Part shown: positions 22,135 through 37,300 of the stretch, in pieces
How positions within the stretch are numbered: position 1 is the stretch's first letter
Layout: each line of letters opens with the position of its first letter
NCBI GenBank assembly: GCA_051294905.1
Contig: CM119375.1
Span: 7,068,001 to 7,132,000, forward strand
Direction: 5' to 3'
DNA from: Botryllus schlosseri
Taxonomy: Eukaryota
DNA length: 64,000 nt
Position numbers and translations under genes: made by a program
The notes under the pieces: model-generated
What the model was told of the DNA's origin: nothing
Databases searched by the model: none
Seen by the model: the letters and a program-made list of their open reading frames with translations, nothing else

Positions 22135-25100
22135 TGTGGAAGTATATTTTTAATTAACGCATACTAATCACGCAAAGTGTTAAAGCCGTATCCGACACAA
22201 CTTCTCCATATTTCTGTTCGACTGAGCTAGGGGCCTTATAATATGGGGGCGGGCGCCCTGCCATGATGTTCTCTAAAACGGGGTGTTCGAGTAAACAAAG
22301 GATTAGTATCGCATTTCCATATCAATACTAACATTTACATCCAATGACATGGACGACTTCTTATTCTGTCAAAAATTGATACCTTCCATGCCAACGAATT
22401 ACGACCGTTTTCACAACTACTTACTTACTTGAGTATATTTAAAGTCAGTCAATTCTACTTCTACTTCAAGTATAGTTTTAGGTTGCTTATGAAAGAAGTA
22501 CTTCTACTCGTACTTGAGTAGATTTTTTCGTCGCTACTCCTACTTGACTACTTTGACCACCTCTGGTGAAAACCAAGTTTTGACAACCGGCTAAATAAAT
22601 GAACAGGTGTGAGTCTTCTTAGAATACATTGAAAAATTGGAACTATGCACGCAGCTGATTGAAATTACTCTCGGGCTCATCTGTGGGCATAACGAAATGG
22701 TATGTAGTGGGTTGATAGTCCCACTATGTCTGACTGTTCCCAAGCGACGTCATAATATGCCTACAGATTTAGTTCATTGGCTAGTCACGCAGTAGTCCAC
22801 GTTGCCTTAATTGTTTTGGCTACACGACAGTTAGTGGTTGAAAATGCAGATTAGAGTACCGGAAGCGACAAGAAAACGATTTTCCCAGCGCCGGTGCGTC
22901 ATCATTTGGACGGTGTAATACCCTGTGGAGAAGCAAATAAAATAGAGTGACAGGTACAGTTGGTGGGATCCTCTCTTACAAATCCAGAATATTCATAACT
23001 TTTGATAAGTTGGAAAAATATACTTCGGATGAAAGTCTCGCAGCTGTCGACGCTTACAGAGAAATCGATAAGTTTTATTTATTTTCATTAATCTCCATCG
23101 CATGTTACATATATATATATGAAGGAAATTTCGGAAGGATGTGTATGTATATATATATTCAGTGCTGAAATTTAATATCGACTCGGCAACAGAAAGGGTG
23201 TACACGTGATTGGATCAAGGGTCCGTTTGTATTCATATTGTATTATCAGCTGCAAATCCAAGTATATGTCATCTTTCAGCTCGCTCGAGACGAATTCTGC
23301 GCATCCTATCGGTACTCAAATAAAGATATTAATTTAGTGTCATTTTTCAAAGACATTCCACCGAAGTTAAGGTAAACGGTAAACTGATTTAAAGAAAAAA
23401 TATATTGCTAGATACACACAACGTTATGCCATTGTTGAAAATATGAGATATGCGGCGTGCAGAAATCACATGGCAGTTTCCGTAACTGTGGAATAAAACT
23501 AACATTGGCGATACATGATTTCGATGCTACAGTATTGTTACATTTCCTTTGTAGCCACGCCAACTACATCAATCGCGTGCTTTTGAAATGACAAACAATT
23601 TCTTGTGCGCTCCTTGTAACAACATCCTTGTGTAAATCTCAGACTTCGGAATAGAGTACGTGCCTATAGGGAGATAAATATTGTTCCAGACCTTAGGCGC
23701 ATACGTTCTATTCCGGTTGAACACACATCGCATTTCGGTTAAACTCATTCAAACTTTTCGAATGCTGTTTCTGCAGTATAACTGCAGCGCGAGGTCAGTT
23801 CAACATTGATCTTCGAATCTAAATCAAATATCGATTTGGTCGGTTACGTTAGCGATCAACCGATATCGCATTAAACGAGAATAATAATAATTCGGGTTGA
23901 CTAAAGGATTATCGAAACCGCGTGGAGACATACAACATAACATTTCCACCTAGCAAAGGATCAAAAGATTTAGGATAAAAACAAAAGGCGGATGTACTTA
24001 TTCCGATTTGAACATCGGTAACCAAATAACGAGCTACTCACAGCCCACAATGCTAATTTTAAATCTACTGCGGCACCAGAGAGTCAATAAGTCATTTAAT
24101 TATAGAATGCTATTCTGTTTGCGTATGTATTTGTCGGCATTCCTGGGCTTTCTATGCGTCTATCACGAAAGATGCGAGTGACCGTTGTAACTATGTAACA
24201 TAGCGGTGTCTTGCGAACGAAAGTGTGCTGCAAGTCCGCAGATCAGGAATCATAATAATAAAGAATATCTGCATGATATAAAATGATCACATAGATATCG
24301 AAACCCTTACGTCAGTGCTCCGAAAAAGTGAAAGTACTTCGTTATTGACCATCTCTGATAACAACTCAGCAGCGACAATGATTCTTCGCATATGCCACAA
24401 CAAGAATTGGATTTGCATGTATAAGTTGTTTCACGGAGTCAACCAATTTAACAATAGCATGGCAGTATAGTTAGATGGTATAATCCTTTCGATATAACAG
24501 TTGTAGCTGCAACTATTGTGGTAACGAAATCGCACCCATTACTGCTCAAGCTCACCCGAAATCTGTAGCCTTGCGTCACCATGTCTCAATAAGACGTATT
24601 AAAGCATATAAGTTCGGTCGCTGGATACTAATTTGTGGCTGTCATCTCAACCTGTGCATTTTCGTAAGAGAATTGGTCAAGTGATGGGCTCTGAAAGCAT
24701 CGTAATTACTCTCCGTCAAGTGGGACGGGTAAATTATACGTGCATTTTGAGAGCATTTACCAATTAAGTAGATAGCAGATATGTTATTGCGAGTGCACTC
24801 ATAAGTATTCTGCGGCCTTGATGCGTAAGACAATGAGATGCATGTAGTTGGGTAACGTCGAGAATCCTTGAAGTTGGCAAAGTGGTCGTATCAGATTACC
24901 TATCCATAAGAGTCGCTCATTTTCAATTACTTTTCCGCCATTCGAAAAAAAGAGAGCGATGTCGATTTGATTCGAGAGCGGCCGGCTTACTCGCTCGAAA
25001 TGCCGCGACCAGGCAACAACATTGCGAGGCGATGTATCTCGGCCACTTCCCCGATGTGTGTGATTTAGCCCTTAATTTAACATGGGAAATTTGATTGTAT

Positions 25101-25315
25101 CCATGTTATTAGTCGATAATGGACGTAAATTGGCGCGTAGTGTGGTCACGACTGTTTCAGGCGCACAAGGTTTATATTAAGTCGAAGGTAAGCAGTGAGG
25201 GTTGATCCGAGTCGTGTGAGAGGCTCAGAGCGCATTTTCGTTGATATTTTGTTATTGCGTTATTAGAGTTTATATAGATTTCTATGCATATGCTGATTAC
25301 TTCACCGGATGTGAG

Positions 25316-28300
25316 ATGTGCTCTTGTCGGCGGTTGATATTAATTTGCTATGCCGTGTATGTTCTGCCAGTTTTACCAAAGCCCGTGAAACGACAATGCA
25401 CAGGTGGGTCGGATTTCTACAATGATCTTCATGTCGTATTAACTCGTCGCAAAGAAATTGTCCGCAAATTTCGTCATTGAACTGGCGGCACTCATTTCAA
25501 ACGGTGCAATTATGTTTCGTGTCGTAATACAAAATGCTTCCAAGTGCCGCCTTTGAGTTTAGCAATTTCGCCATATAGGAATATAGCTTCTGTACTAGCT
25601 GAGATGACTTAACGTGAATACTTCGTGGATTGAACCTTCGTCCCGCCGTGTAAAGTTACCGTTAATCTGACTAACTGTGTTTGGTTTGTGGCCTTCACAA
25701 AAGAAATCACCCACGGGATTGAATTCAAATTGTTAATATGATGTTATTCATGTTTTTGTGGTTGCTCTATTAGTAGCTCTTCTATTTTATGAGGCGTAGT
25801 TTCTATGCTTGATAGAGTGAAATTGATATTGACTAAAGTGTCTAAAAGCCGGGAGTTAAAACGCCATACTTCGTTATCATATAACACTAATTCATTTGTG
25901 GTGAATATACAATAGTACACTATCGTAGTCTCCAGTGCGTCCGGTAAACGATAGCGGCCGTAATCCAACCTTCGAAATACATTACAAATTCGTCAGTTAT
26001 GTGCTGTTACTTTCTCTTGAAAATCCGAGGACAATATTGTCAGACAGCTATTTCAATAAATCCCACGAATGCAGTCTTCGAGAAATATCGCTTGTAATGG
26101 ATACGCGGAGGACAACAATTCATTTCCCTTGCCAGGATTGATTCCACAATATACGAGGTTCGCCGCTTGGCCGTGGGGACGCGCTGTTATCTTGACACTT
26201 GAAACTTGACTGTTTGATGATGTTGAAACCAAACCACATGACGCCACAAATAGGATTTCCTATCCCTTTAGCCGGCAACAATACCGTTCAAGAACCTTGG
26301 TGTTTGCAAACAATCAAGTGTGTCAGTTACGTCGTAGTACATCGTTGCCATATAGAACAAATATCATTAGTCGAGTGTAATCAGGAACGAGCAAATTGAC
26401 GGTCCCAATACCAAGGATAAGGATGGCCAAGTCAGACTTATGTCTGTCCATAAGAATGTCCTCGGCTTTATTTGGTCAGATTACATACATCCGTTTGCAT
26501 AGCCACAAAGACGCCACTTGTCGAATTCATGTTGAGTCCTTGCGTTCCCCGCCTTCGTATAATGCCACATTTTATTATGCATTAATATCCGACTGTCTTC
26601 TGACATGAAGTAACCGACACCATGTCAACAAAACTGTGGACATCAAAATACAAACTCGGTTTGTCTGCAGTAGATTATTCTTACAATAAGTTAACAAGAT
26701 TTGCCAAGTGCGTCATGGTGTCTTGCCATGATTTTACTACCGGATTTCACTGTCTGTTTTGTCATTGTAGCGACGATTTTGTTGCTTATGTTTGGAATAT
26801 TGTTACTAATTGGTATTCGACTCATAGGATTACAAGTTCGTTAGGTGAGGCGTATTGTTATTAGAGAGCGGTGTTAAGTTGCTTAAACCTGCGCTGATCT
26901 GTACCGTGACAGATTTTCTCAAGTCTTATTTTGTCAGCGCGCTATACGACGTGAGAAAAAAATCACCTCCAAACGATTATAGTAAATTATTTACAATCCA
27001 AGTATACGCATTGGTTATTTGCCCAAATTGTAGATACAGGAAGAGGCATCGTTCGGTCTGATAGCTTGTGGTGGGCTCGGGATCATTTATTGACTCACAA
27101 GTCTTTCATCATATCAAAACTATCACGTTTGAGGTAAATCTAATTCGGGGAGAAGAGAGACTTGAGGGGCTTTGAAACATCAAATAAAAATTTTATAGAT
27201 CGAAAGCGTTGCTACCTATATAAGTCATTAAACTCACATTCGATCCAGCCGTATTGACCGGGAAGTAGACTCCTGCCCAACTTTGATGTGAATCCGAGAA
27301 ATAACTTTTAGCAAATATCATGAATTCTAATAGCGCGATACATCTATCTTTTCCGAGAACGCGCTGCCGACAGCTTAAGCAGCCTTCAATGACTGGACAT
27401 AAAAGAATCGCCGATCAAAATAATCTGGCGATTAGACGGTTGAATTACTGATGTGCCATTATTTTCAATTTTCGACTATATGCCGAAATTTCGTGATCGT
27501 CTTTGTGGCAGGGGCGTCGACGCCTGAAATTCAGACACGTGAATTATCCTATCCCGTTGAACTTTTACTCTGGACTGGTAAATGTCGTTAAAATTTACAG
27601 GCAACAGACATTTTCTATTTACGAGAATTTAATCAATTTATGCCGCTACCTAATGAACCAATCATCCAAATTTCCGTATTTGAATTAGGAAACAACGTAT
27701 CAAACGGGAATGAAACAACAGCAGCTATATACTCAACCTTATCTTCATTATACGAAGTTCATACGTTCAAAATATTTCAGCAAGATCAAACGTACTAGGC
27801 ATTTATGTCAATCTATAGTCCATATAAGGTATACACTGATGACGTATTGACCAAAATGCGGCACGATGACATCGGAATCGCAAATTACTTTTTTAGTTTC
27901 GGCTGTTCAATCCTGCAATGTCAATACTACGTTCGAAAGCGTTGTCCTTAAAATTGAAGTTGGAAATAAATGAAACCAATGCCCATTATAATAATTTGCT
28001 GACTGAAGGTCCAGCGGGCTTATCGCCGTAGGAGCAGACCGCTAAAAGTAGCCCATATCTGTAGCAATCTCATGATATTGGGGATAATTAAACGAATGTC
28101 ATCTAATACATAGATTCTGTTGAGTTTGCTCTTTCCTTCATCAGAATTTATGCTCTGGTGACAGCAAAATAATCACTATGACATCGTACAATTAACCTAT
28201 CCTGAACGAGCCCAAAACTGCCAGCCAGGCCATGTGTGATTCAGATACAAACGCAATTTCCGTGAGATATCATCATTTTAATGTTTTAATTATCTTTCTG

Positions 28301-31300
28301 CGACGTAAGCATACAGTAATTTGTATGTGAACGTCAATGGGAAAACGGTACTGTGTCAATTACATACATCCCACTATTCTCGTCGGCTGCTGTTAGTTAA
28401 CTACATTTGTGGAAATTGATATGACAGTAAACATATGCATTATGATTCAACAGCTTGTGTGTAATGTGTTCAATGAGGAAATTGTTTTAAGTGAAAACAA
28501 TGTGTCGTTTATCAGGTCCGCAAGTTTTGGATTTGCTGGGCCTCGCCCTCAGTGAAAGTAAAACCGCGAATTGGGACATAGAGGTCCACGACACACGAAA
28601 AGGTTATAGGTAAGTATATTGTACAAATTGAACGGCTGGAATTACAGGTTGAACCAGAGTAATCGCCGAATCTGGAATAATCTCTGCCCGATACCCATCA
28701 ATAAATTTGTTAGTAGGCCTACTGCGTCTAAACATGGCATATTAACGGTGTTTAGATATCAAACGTAAATTGTGTGCAGGTCTACTGGCGTGCTGTTTTG
28801 TACATGAGACGCCGTGTACAAATTTCGCTCTCGAAATACAATTATGGTTTTATCACTGTATCTCAATACCGAGTCTGACATTTAGTATTGTACAACATAG
28901 ACTGCGTGACACAAGTTGTTGAATTTACGTAATCTGAGACATGGCCTACTACCATTTCTGAGATCATTAAAGTAGTGCACATAAATTTGATAAAGAAGCC
29001 AACGGGAAATGGCAAACGGAAGACCAGCGTCCACACCCAACTCCCTATATCATTATTTAGTCACGATCACATAAGCTCGACAGGTCACCCCAAAGTTCAA
29101 CATCCATAGGTTGCATTAGCAAGTCGTTTGACAGAGGCTAGCTGACTCGCATATTGTCTTAAGCATTTCGATGGTTGTGCTGAGCCCACAATATACCATA
29201 TTTACCCCTACGAAACTCTCGCTCCTCGCGAATATCCCACCCGTAAGTTTGTTTTGTCAACATATCCTGCAATCACGCGCATGACCGAGTAGCTACCGAA
29301 TTTTAGACGAGTGTCGATATGTCACAGAGCTCAGTATCGAGTTGTTATCGGAAATCACTAGGCCCCACGTCTCTAATGAACTCCAAACTGTATTACAACA
29401 GTTAAGATACGAATTAAGCTTGGAATTTGTTTCGCTCCTGATGTCATTTTACCAAATCAATTTCTGATTTCACCCAAATACGATCGGTCTACGGTTCAAA
29501 GAAAGCTACATAGTTTTTATGCACTTAACACTTGACAGCTGACGTAATTTCAATCAGCCAGTCATTTCGTGTCCAGCTTGTTCGACCAGATTAAGTATAT
29601 TTACCGAAGATGCTTTTCGCTTTACGTGTTAGCTTGGTGACAAAATTTAATTGGCGATTTCGATTGAAGAACTACTCCGTCGTTTTGAAAGGATTATCAC
29701 AGAATTCCCCCTAGTCTCGAATTTCCGCTTGTTAGCCAGAATCGAAGTCAGAGATTATATTGAGAATTCGCCGGGTCACGCGGCCAATGGCTCAGCGGCA
29801 CACAAAGACTTGATGCCGACGTTACTTGCCCATTATTTATTGCCCAACGCCAGTGTCTCATTTTATAGAGTAGCTAAATCTGTCGTGACTCGTGATAGAT
29901 TTACCTGGCGTGGTCTGCTAAGATTAACGTTCCAAGTCTACGCCATTCGCAACAGCACACAGACAATGCAACGACAGTAAAATAATAAACTGTACCGTAC
30001 TTTTCAGGAAGGTAAGCCATCTTGTTTTCCTGTTTGCACACACTCATTCCTGATTAGATTGCTGCCTTTTGTGTCGCCAGTCATTTGCCAACAACAAAGC
30101 ATTATGACATAACAATGATGCTAGATGACACGGATGAGTAAACAAAATCGTCGTCCGCTACGTGATATTCAGTCTAGAGATGGGCTTAACCGATATTTTG
30201 CAGTAGCAGTTACGAACTGCTACTTTCGAAATCTTAACTGTGATTTTTAACTGTTACTTTTTAGCAGTTATATTGGAGGTAAACCCTACGTCACAATTGA
30301 CCGCATATTTAGTCGAAAAGTGCAAATGTATTCGTTTACTTCTAAACTCGCCGATATCGAACCTCAACTTTATTCTAACAATTAATTATGATTGAAGTCA
30401 TAATCACACAGAGTCGTCTAGCCTCATCTTACTGTAAAGCTTGAAGAAAATTCATTCATGGAGTAGGCCTATATTTGCAGAACCGCCCACCTTATGCCGT
30501 TCAAGTTTATTCTTACAATTTCATCACTTCAAAAACATCACAAGACTGCAATACAATGAATGACAGGAAGATGCCGAAACGTAGCTAGGATAGTCTTTGA
30601 GATCAGACAACCACCTGGTCCTAGGCGATGTAAAGAGGAGGCATGCACATGACAAAAATGGATTTAATTTTGCAACCGAAGATCAGGAAGATGTCATTCA
30701 GTCAAATTGGGTGGTGGTTGAAGATAAGCACTGCCATTGTCACCAGTGTGATGTGGTGGTCTGGTTGAGACTGTACTGTAGTGTAGTGGCACTCGTTTCC
30801 CGAATAATGAAACACATCAGGGAACTACCACTATTCCATCCAGTAGTCCAGGATAAATGTACGCTATATTGAATGTCAATGCTATGTGCTTAAGTGCTAT
30901 TCTGTTAACTGTGATTTGGGTTAGCAGGTAACTGCTACTGCTACTTGAGAAGCTTAACTGTTACTTTTTAACGGTCTGCTATTTTTTTTCACATCTCTAT
31001 TCACGTTGTAGGCCTATTTCCAGGTTTTCTTCATCCAGACACCCAGCTAAGGTGGAGGCGTCTACTTTCTTATCAAGCTGCGTTGTCTTCCCGTCCGAAT
31101 TTTCTTTTATATTTTCTTTCAAAGCGCCAACGGATACTGTGAATAGCGAATACCTCACCAGCTTCCTAGGACCGGTAAGACATGATTTACGGCGTGTTTG
31201 CGTTGCCAAACGCGCTGTTTGGACTGTATATTATTATGTTAAATTGATGGGGAAACCGTATTTGCAGGATCGGGAAACGGTTTTGATGGCTGTAAGATAT

Positions 31301-34300
31301 AAGAGCGATTGGTTATTTTTCGACTACATCGACGACCGCAATACAAAACAAAGCGTCGGCGTACAATCAAGGTTAATCAAAGACGGAAAATGGCACGATC
31401 TCATTGTGGCGGTTTCCGCCGCCGAAGTATCGTTCATTTGGGATTGCGGAACCACTACCCGCAGGTGTGAGTTTTCATAAATCGGCTACTCGGGTAATTG
31501 CGTAATTGATGACAACGGCGAGTCTTGGTATCATCGCCGTTGACACTCTACAACTGATTTACAGGTAATTCTTCTTCGCCGTACTTCGCAGCAGCTGAGT
31601 CCATGATTCAATTTGTACTGATTAAGTGGACCATGTGTAATCCCCTTTACTATAGACAAAACACGGTTTGACTCCAATCACCCATGATCACGTGACTCCG
31701 GTGCGAAAGTTTAACAACTATATTATGGATTCGAATCTTTGTATCTTGTAGCCATTCATTACCATATCTGGATTCACAAAGTTACAACTTTTTTACCATC
31801 GACAAAACACGGTCTGACTCCAATCACCCATGATCACGTGACTCCGGCGCGAAAGTTTAACAACTATATTATGGATTCGAATCTTTGTATCTTGAAGCCA
31901 TTTATTACCATATCTGGATTCACAAAGTTACAACTTTTTATCAATCAATATATATGTGATTACGTTTGATGTAAACAGGGATCATACCCAGATAAATTAA
32001 GACGAGCTGATAGAATTGCTACAAAATGCCTATTGAAACACGCCTTCATTTCGATCTCAGTTTATTTTACGAATACTTCCATCTTATAGTGAATAAGCAT
32101 TTGTAGCAAATCACTCTTGGTCCAACACCCTTTTCGTTCGACTGTTAGATCGTGCATGTCGTTATCCATGGTAATAATAATGAGACAATCTGTATTAATA
32201 TGGGAGACCCGTATTGATATAGATAAAAAGTATATTTAATCACTATGGAAAGCGTTGTAAAGACAGACTATTATACAATAAATAAAAGATGCGGTAAAAG
32301 TTTATAAGAGCGTTTATCGAAGCATACCATCAATCATACGCGTCTGCAGCCAATATTTGCGTTTCGTGTAATCGTAAATGGAGTTATCGTTGTAACTTTC
32401 GTATCACAAATGTCCATTTGCCATTTGATACATTAAGTTTGATCAATGCCTCCACCTGTTTTTTCTCAGAACATTAAACGGCCGCTTTCACGATAACCTC
32501 AAACTGAAAAGCACTCGATTTTACGTGGCTAGCCGACGGAAAAAACGCGGGAGATTCACGGTGAGTGTGCGGTCAAGTACTTGTTTCTCGGAGTTCAGTC
32601 GATTCCTTATTTACAGCCAATTGTAACTGAGTCAGGGACGTATTGGTTGTTATCAAGAATAAAAATATGACGCAACTGATAGCGGAGAGTATTTTTAAAA
32701 ATAAATTGATTCACGTGCTGTTGGTTTCCAATGTGAAAACATCGGTGTCGAAAATTCGGAAGCTACAAATCGCACTGATCGTATAAATTAACTGGCAACG
32801 CAAATTTCTATTTCCCCGTAACGGGCCCATTACGAAAGCCTCGGTATTGGTAGGTTAATCCATTCGAGTTATCTCGCGGCGTGGAAAAGGGCTTCTCACG
32901 CCGAATAATCTATCGCAAATCGCCCAGCAGATGTACATCATTTCTTTGGCAACGCCGTACACTCGCGCGAAGATAACAAATTCGTGCAGAGGTAACAAAC
33001 CACAATCCCCTTCAAAAGGAACATCAATTTGTTTTGCTGATTGTGTTTGCGGAACGTCCCGACAATTTGAAAAGATGACTACACCACAATAACATAATGT
33101 GTAGCCACAATATATATATTCATGAATTCATATTAAAATTAACCGAGTATTTCCAATTCCCTACTATAATTGCTGACCATCACCCCTGACGAGGGTCAAC
33201 CGAAAATATTCGGGTTTATTTCAATATGAATATACTATTTAATTGTATATTGAACCTCAATATAATATATCCGAGTGGAATAAATTTGGCAACACGAACA
33301 TGCTGTTTTTGCTACGTTGAAATTAATTATGTAATTCTGTACTTCTAAAAGCCTATTTCACAACATAATACTACAATTTACGTGTCTGTGACGTAACAGG
33401 GACTGATGCAACAATTGAAATTCGTGGTAGGATCGGACGCCACTTCTCTCCTATGCCATAGTTCCAGACATTTTTGGTCAGCCAATAGATACAGCCATTC
33501 GGGAACGGGTATGTCTGAAATGTAATTGATAATAATTTCATATGTTTATCGATACTTTGATTTTACTCTGTTAGACGAGGTGACACCAGTACGCGTTGTC
33601 GATGATGGGTCTGAAATTGGCACGTGTTCCTTAGAAAGCAAGGGAAACCTGGTCTACCGGTCAAGATCAAACAGATTGGAGGTCTGTCAAGGCTCGCGCT
33701 GGGAGAGCATTAGCGCCGGTACGTTTTGAAACTCTTGCACCTGCAGGGATATTAACTATAAGGCGGTTATCACTTACAAGGGCGTTTTTGCTAATGTGAG
33801 GGATGAACGCGCTGTACGAACTTTGCCGTTATCGACTTGGCTACATAAACAATGATTACTGACACTTGAGCGGATTCGATATTCCCAGGATCTTCTATTC
33901 CATTTATAGGTTTACGATAATGTAGTCTGGCGATAAATATCGCAGAGCGGTGATAGCTTAATTTCTCGCGAACTATATATTACGAAGTCTCTTAACGCAA
34001 AGACATAGCATCCCACCGCAGATAAACACAAGTGGGGGTAAGTACTAAGTACGACAGATTTGAAACACGGATACGCGTAACAACATAATATATGATATCA
34101 TAATTTTAACGACCTCGCAATTGTGGACGTGTCGGAAGTTGGGCGCGCGGGGCCTACGCCCCGGGGCGCGAGTAAATTTTATGTTCCGCCCGCCCGTTTT
34201 GGCGCCAGTGCGTAATTCTCAGGTACAAAGGTTGACATTTCGGTGTTTCGTCGCAGCAAATGTCAGGATCAGTCACGAAACGCTATTTGCACCGAATCAA

Positions 34301-37300
34301 TGCATTGTGTGAGACCAGTGTATTGTACGGAAACGTAACATTTTCGGGAATTCCGTCGTGCAGTGGTATTTGCACACTCTGCGAATGTGGGGCGTAGCCT
34401 GACCAAAGATTGGATCTCCCTAAAAGTAAAAGAAAATGAGAATGGCATCATAACCCTGGAAACTCTATGTTGTGTAGCATTGGCCCTACCCAAACATTTG
34501 TTAATCCTTAATATATTCGTACGCGGCATTGCTTCAAAAAGTATACATTTGATTCGTATGTTTGTACTGTTCAAGACGCGCTTACAAAATCGTATCACAT
34601 TACTAAGCTCGCTCGTTATTACTATCTACACAAGAGAGCCGCTAAAGTCAACAATTTCCAGGACCCAATTTCGTTCCGTGCCCACTTACAATGCTAGCAT
34701 CCGCGCTCCGCAATATTGCGATACCTAGGCGTCTTTCGAGAATACTCAATTCCGTCTTCAAAGCGACTCGACCACCCGACGGTGCCTCTTCACGTTGTCG
34801 AGTAGGATATAACCCATCGAGGAACACTAACACTTGTGCAATCAATGTTAATTGTGTATCATCCCATGTAGGATGATATGTGCCGATTGAAAACGGCGCG
34901 GCGTCTACCTGTATGGATTTCGCGAGAACCGCTAAAAAGTATTTTGATGATTGTGTTTCGTCTCGTCATGCAAGATTCGACTTGACCCTTTGGCCTTTCT
35001 TAATTGCTAAAAACGAAGTAGGGGCATGCTTCGACGACGGAGATTGCACCTCTTTAAGCTACTTAAGGCAGAAAACTTATTTTGATTATGAAATCGCATA
35101 GGAGTGCTATAGTCATCAGCGGACCGACCAATTCTTGAAATCAAATTGAACCCGATTTGTACCTACTCAGATATAATGTGCTGCGATGCATAAACAATGG
35201 AGCCACGTTACACGATACAGTGTCAATTCCTTTAGATGTACAACTTTTATTGTATAGACGGAGTGGTTTTACAGTGCAAATATAACAATCGGTCATTTCA
35301 AATATTGGAATCGACTCTGCCGCGAAGTCTTATCTTGCGCTGTTGTATTGCCGCGCTGATTACTCTGTTGTTTTACGTGTTATTATGGGTTAGGTGACTC
35401 GCAAACAGGACTTGTCGTACGTACGGGGACACACAGCGTTAATATTTTTGCGTTCGTCAGAATTTTACGCCGCCAATATTTTCAAAACTTGACCTGATGA
35501 GCTGTGGATGGTTATCGGGATCTGTCGTGAAATTTTTGCGATAATGGTGGTAATTCACGAATATTCATGGTGTCGCGGTAAAAACAGATGACGTAACAAT
35601 GCAAAGTCAAAAAGTTGAAAGGTCATTGTGGTGCTTGGCGCATTTGCCCACATGGCTGCGAGCCTTTGTAGATCTAATTTATTGACGAATACCTGAGACA
35701 ATCTGATGCTTACATTCGCGGTGTTTTTCATGACTTACGGGTCGGGGCAATATGAATATCCCTATACTGAAGTGTATACACTGTCGAGTATATGATAGGT
35801 CTAAAAGGGTAAGGCGCCATTGGAAATACATCGTAGCAATGTACGTCCTTTATACAACGCGTCGCAATGCAGGACCCGAGAGGTTGGATTACATCGAAGA
35901 CTACACGAATCTGAAGACCAAAAGCAAGACTCTCGATTTCGAACTGTTCCGTCTCCCGGACAAAGGCCTCTTCATGGCGGCCGCCAACCAAGGCCGGGAC
36001 CGAGACATGAATTCCACCATCTACAAATGGAACGAACACGGATTCGTACCTTATCAAAACCTGACGACAGACATGGCGCAGGATTGGGAATATTTTCGAA
36101 TCGGAGATGATGTAAGGATCGATTATAGAAATTCTACTATAATGCTGTCGAGATTTCTATCGCGTCGGCCGTGTTTGCTACATGTTAGCGCGCTGTGAAG
36201 AAGTTTATTCAAGGTTTAAGACGTGGAGCTAAAAGCCGGGGAGACCCGTTTCTGGCGGATGTGTCCGTACACGTTTCTTTGGAAGTGATTTGAGTAACAA
36301 CTTAAATAGCTGTGAGTGTGATCGGAATCACGATATCGAACACGGTTCAGTGTAGTGGGTTCAATTTACCCAATTTGGTATCAAACGCGCCGCGCTGATA
36401 TTACGTCCTATGTCGGTCGGTATGTTCAATTTACGCGGCAGACTGTCGTATTAATGGCGAGGAAATCGGTGTCTCGTAACTCCACAAACGTAAATCTACC
36501 GGCCTACATACATCAAGATTTGAAAAGTATTTCCACCGTTGCATTTGCTTATGTTTTATTGGGGCTTTGAAAGTAATTTTCTATGCCGACTCATATAGCT
36601 GTGTTGCGAAGACACTCAAATCAATCTCGGGGCTGTAGGGCTATTCAAATACTCTCATCAATTGAGAGTACGTGATATCGCTGGAATTCGCAAGTATAGT
36701 CGGCACGCAACTAGCCAAATTCTATGTGATATCACATAATAAACATTGTGTAGATGTAGATGTATTGCTCGGTATGTACGCCCTTTTCGAATAATCGTGC
36801 TCGGGGATTTTCTCTCCTTTCTCAAAATTTGAACAGCACGGGAAAGAATTGCAGTAGAAGTACACTATTGATGTAATAATCGCTTGCACAATGCACACGA
36901 ATCTGGAATAATATGCGCATGTCCTAGTTAAGTGCGACTTGGCTTATGTCCTCAATATGGACATAATAAGCTACTTGAAACCGGTACACACGAAAAACAA
37001 ACGTATATAAGTGTTGTCTAACTATGAAACTAGCGCACATTCGCATATTATGCACTCTATGGCATGTCACCAGTAAACGCGGGATACCTTAAAACCTTAG
37101 GTTCTTGAAAGTGGATTTAAAAAATCTGATATTAGCTACTTTGATACCACAGCTACGAAATATATATTCAGGAGAGTGCAGACTTGGACAACTAGAAATT
37201 TTTATCTTTTTCAAATTAGATTCGAATTAGAATTACATCTACACAGTTTTTTTTCCAAATTAGATTAGAATCAAAAGTGTAGTTCAACAGTTTTTTCCAA

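Noticed and set aside
30597-30872. ORF with LVLGDV, and a ~35-bp segment repeated in reverse at about 60490-60525: possible LINE endonuclease remnant
   Set aside because: The repeat is real but too short and decayed to assign a family without a database search.
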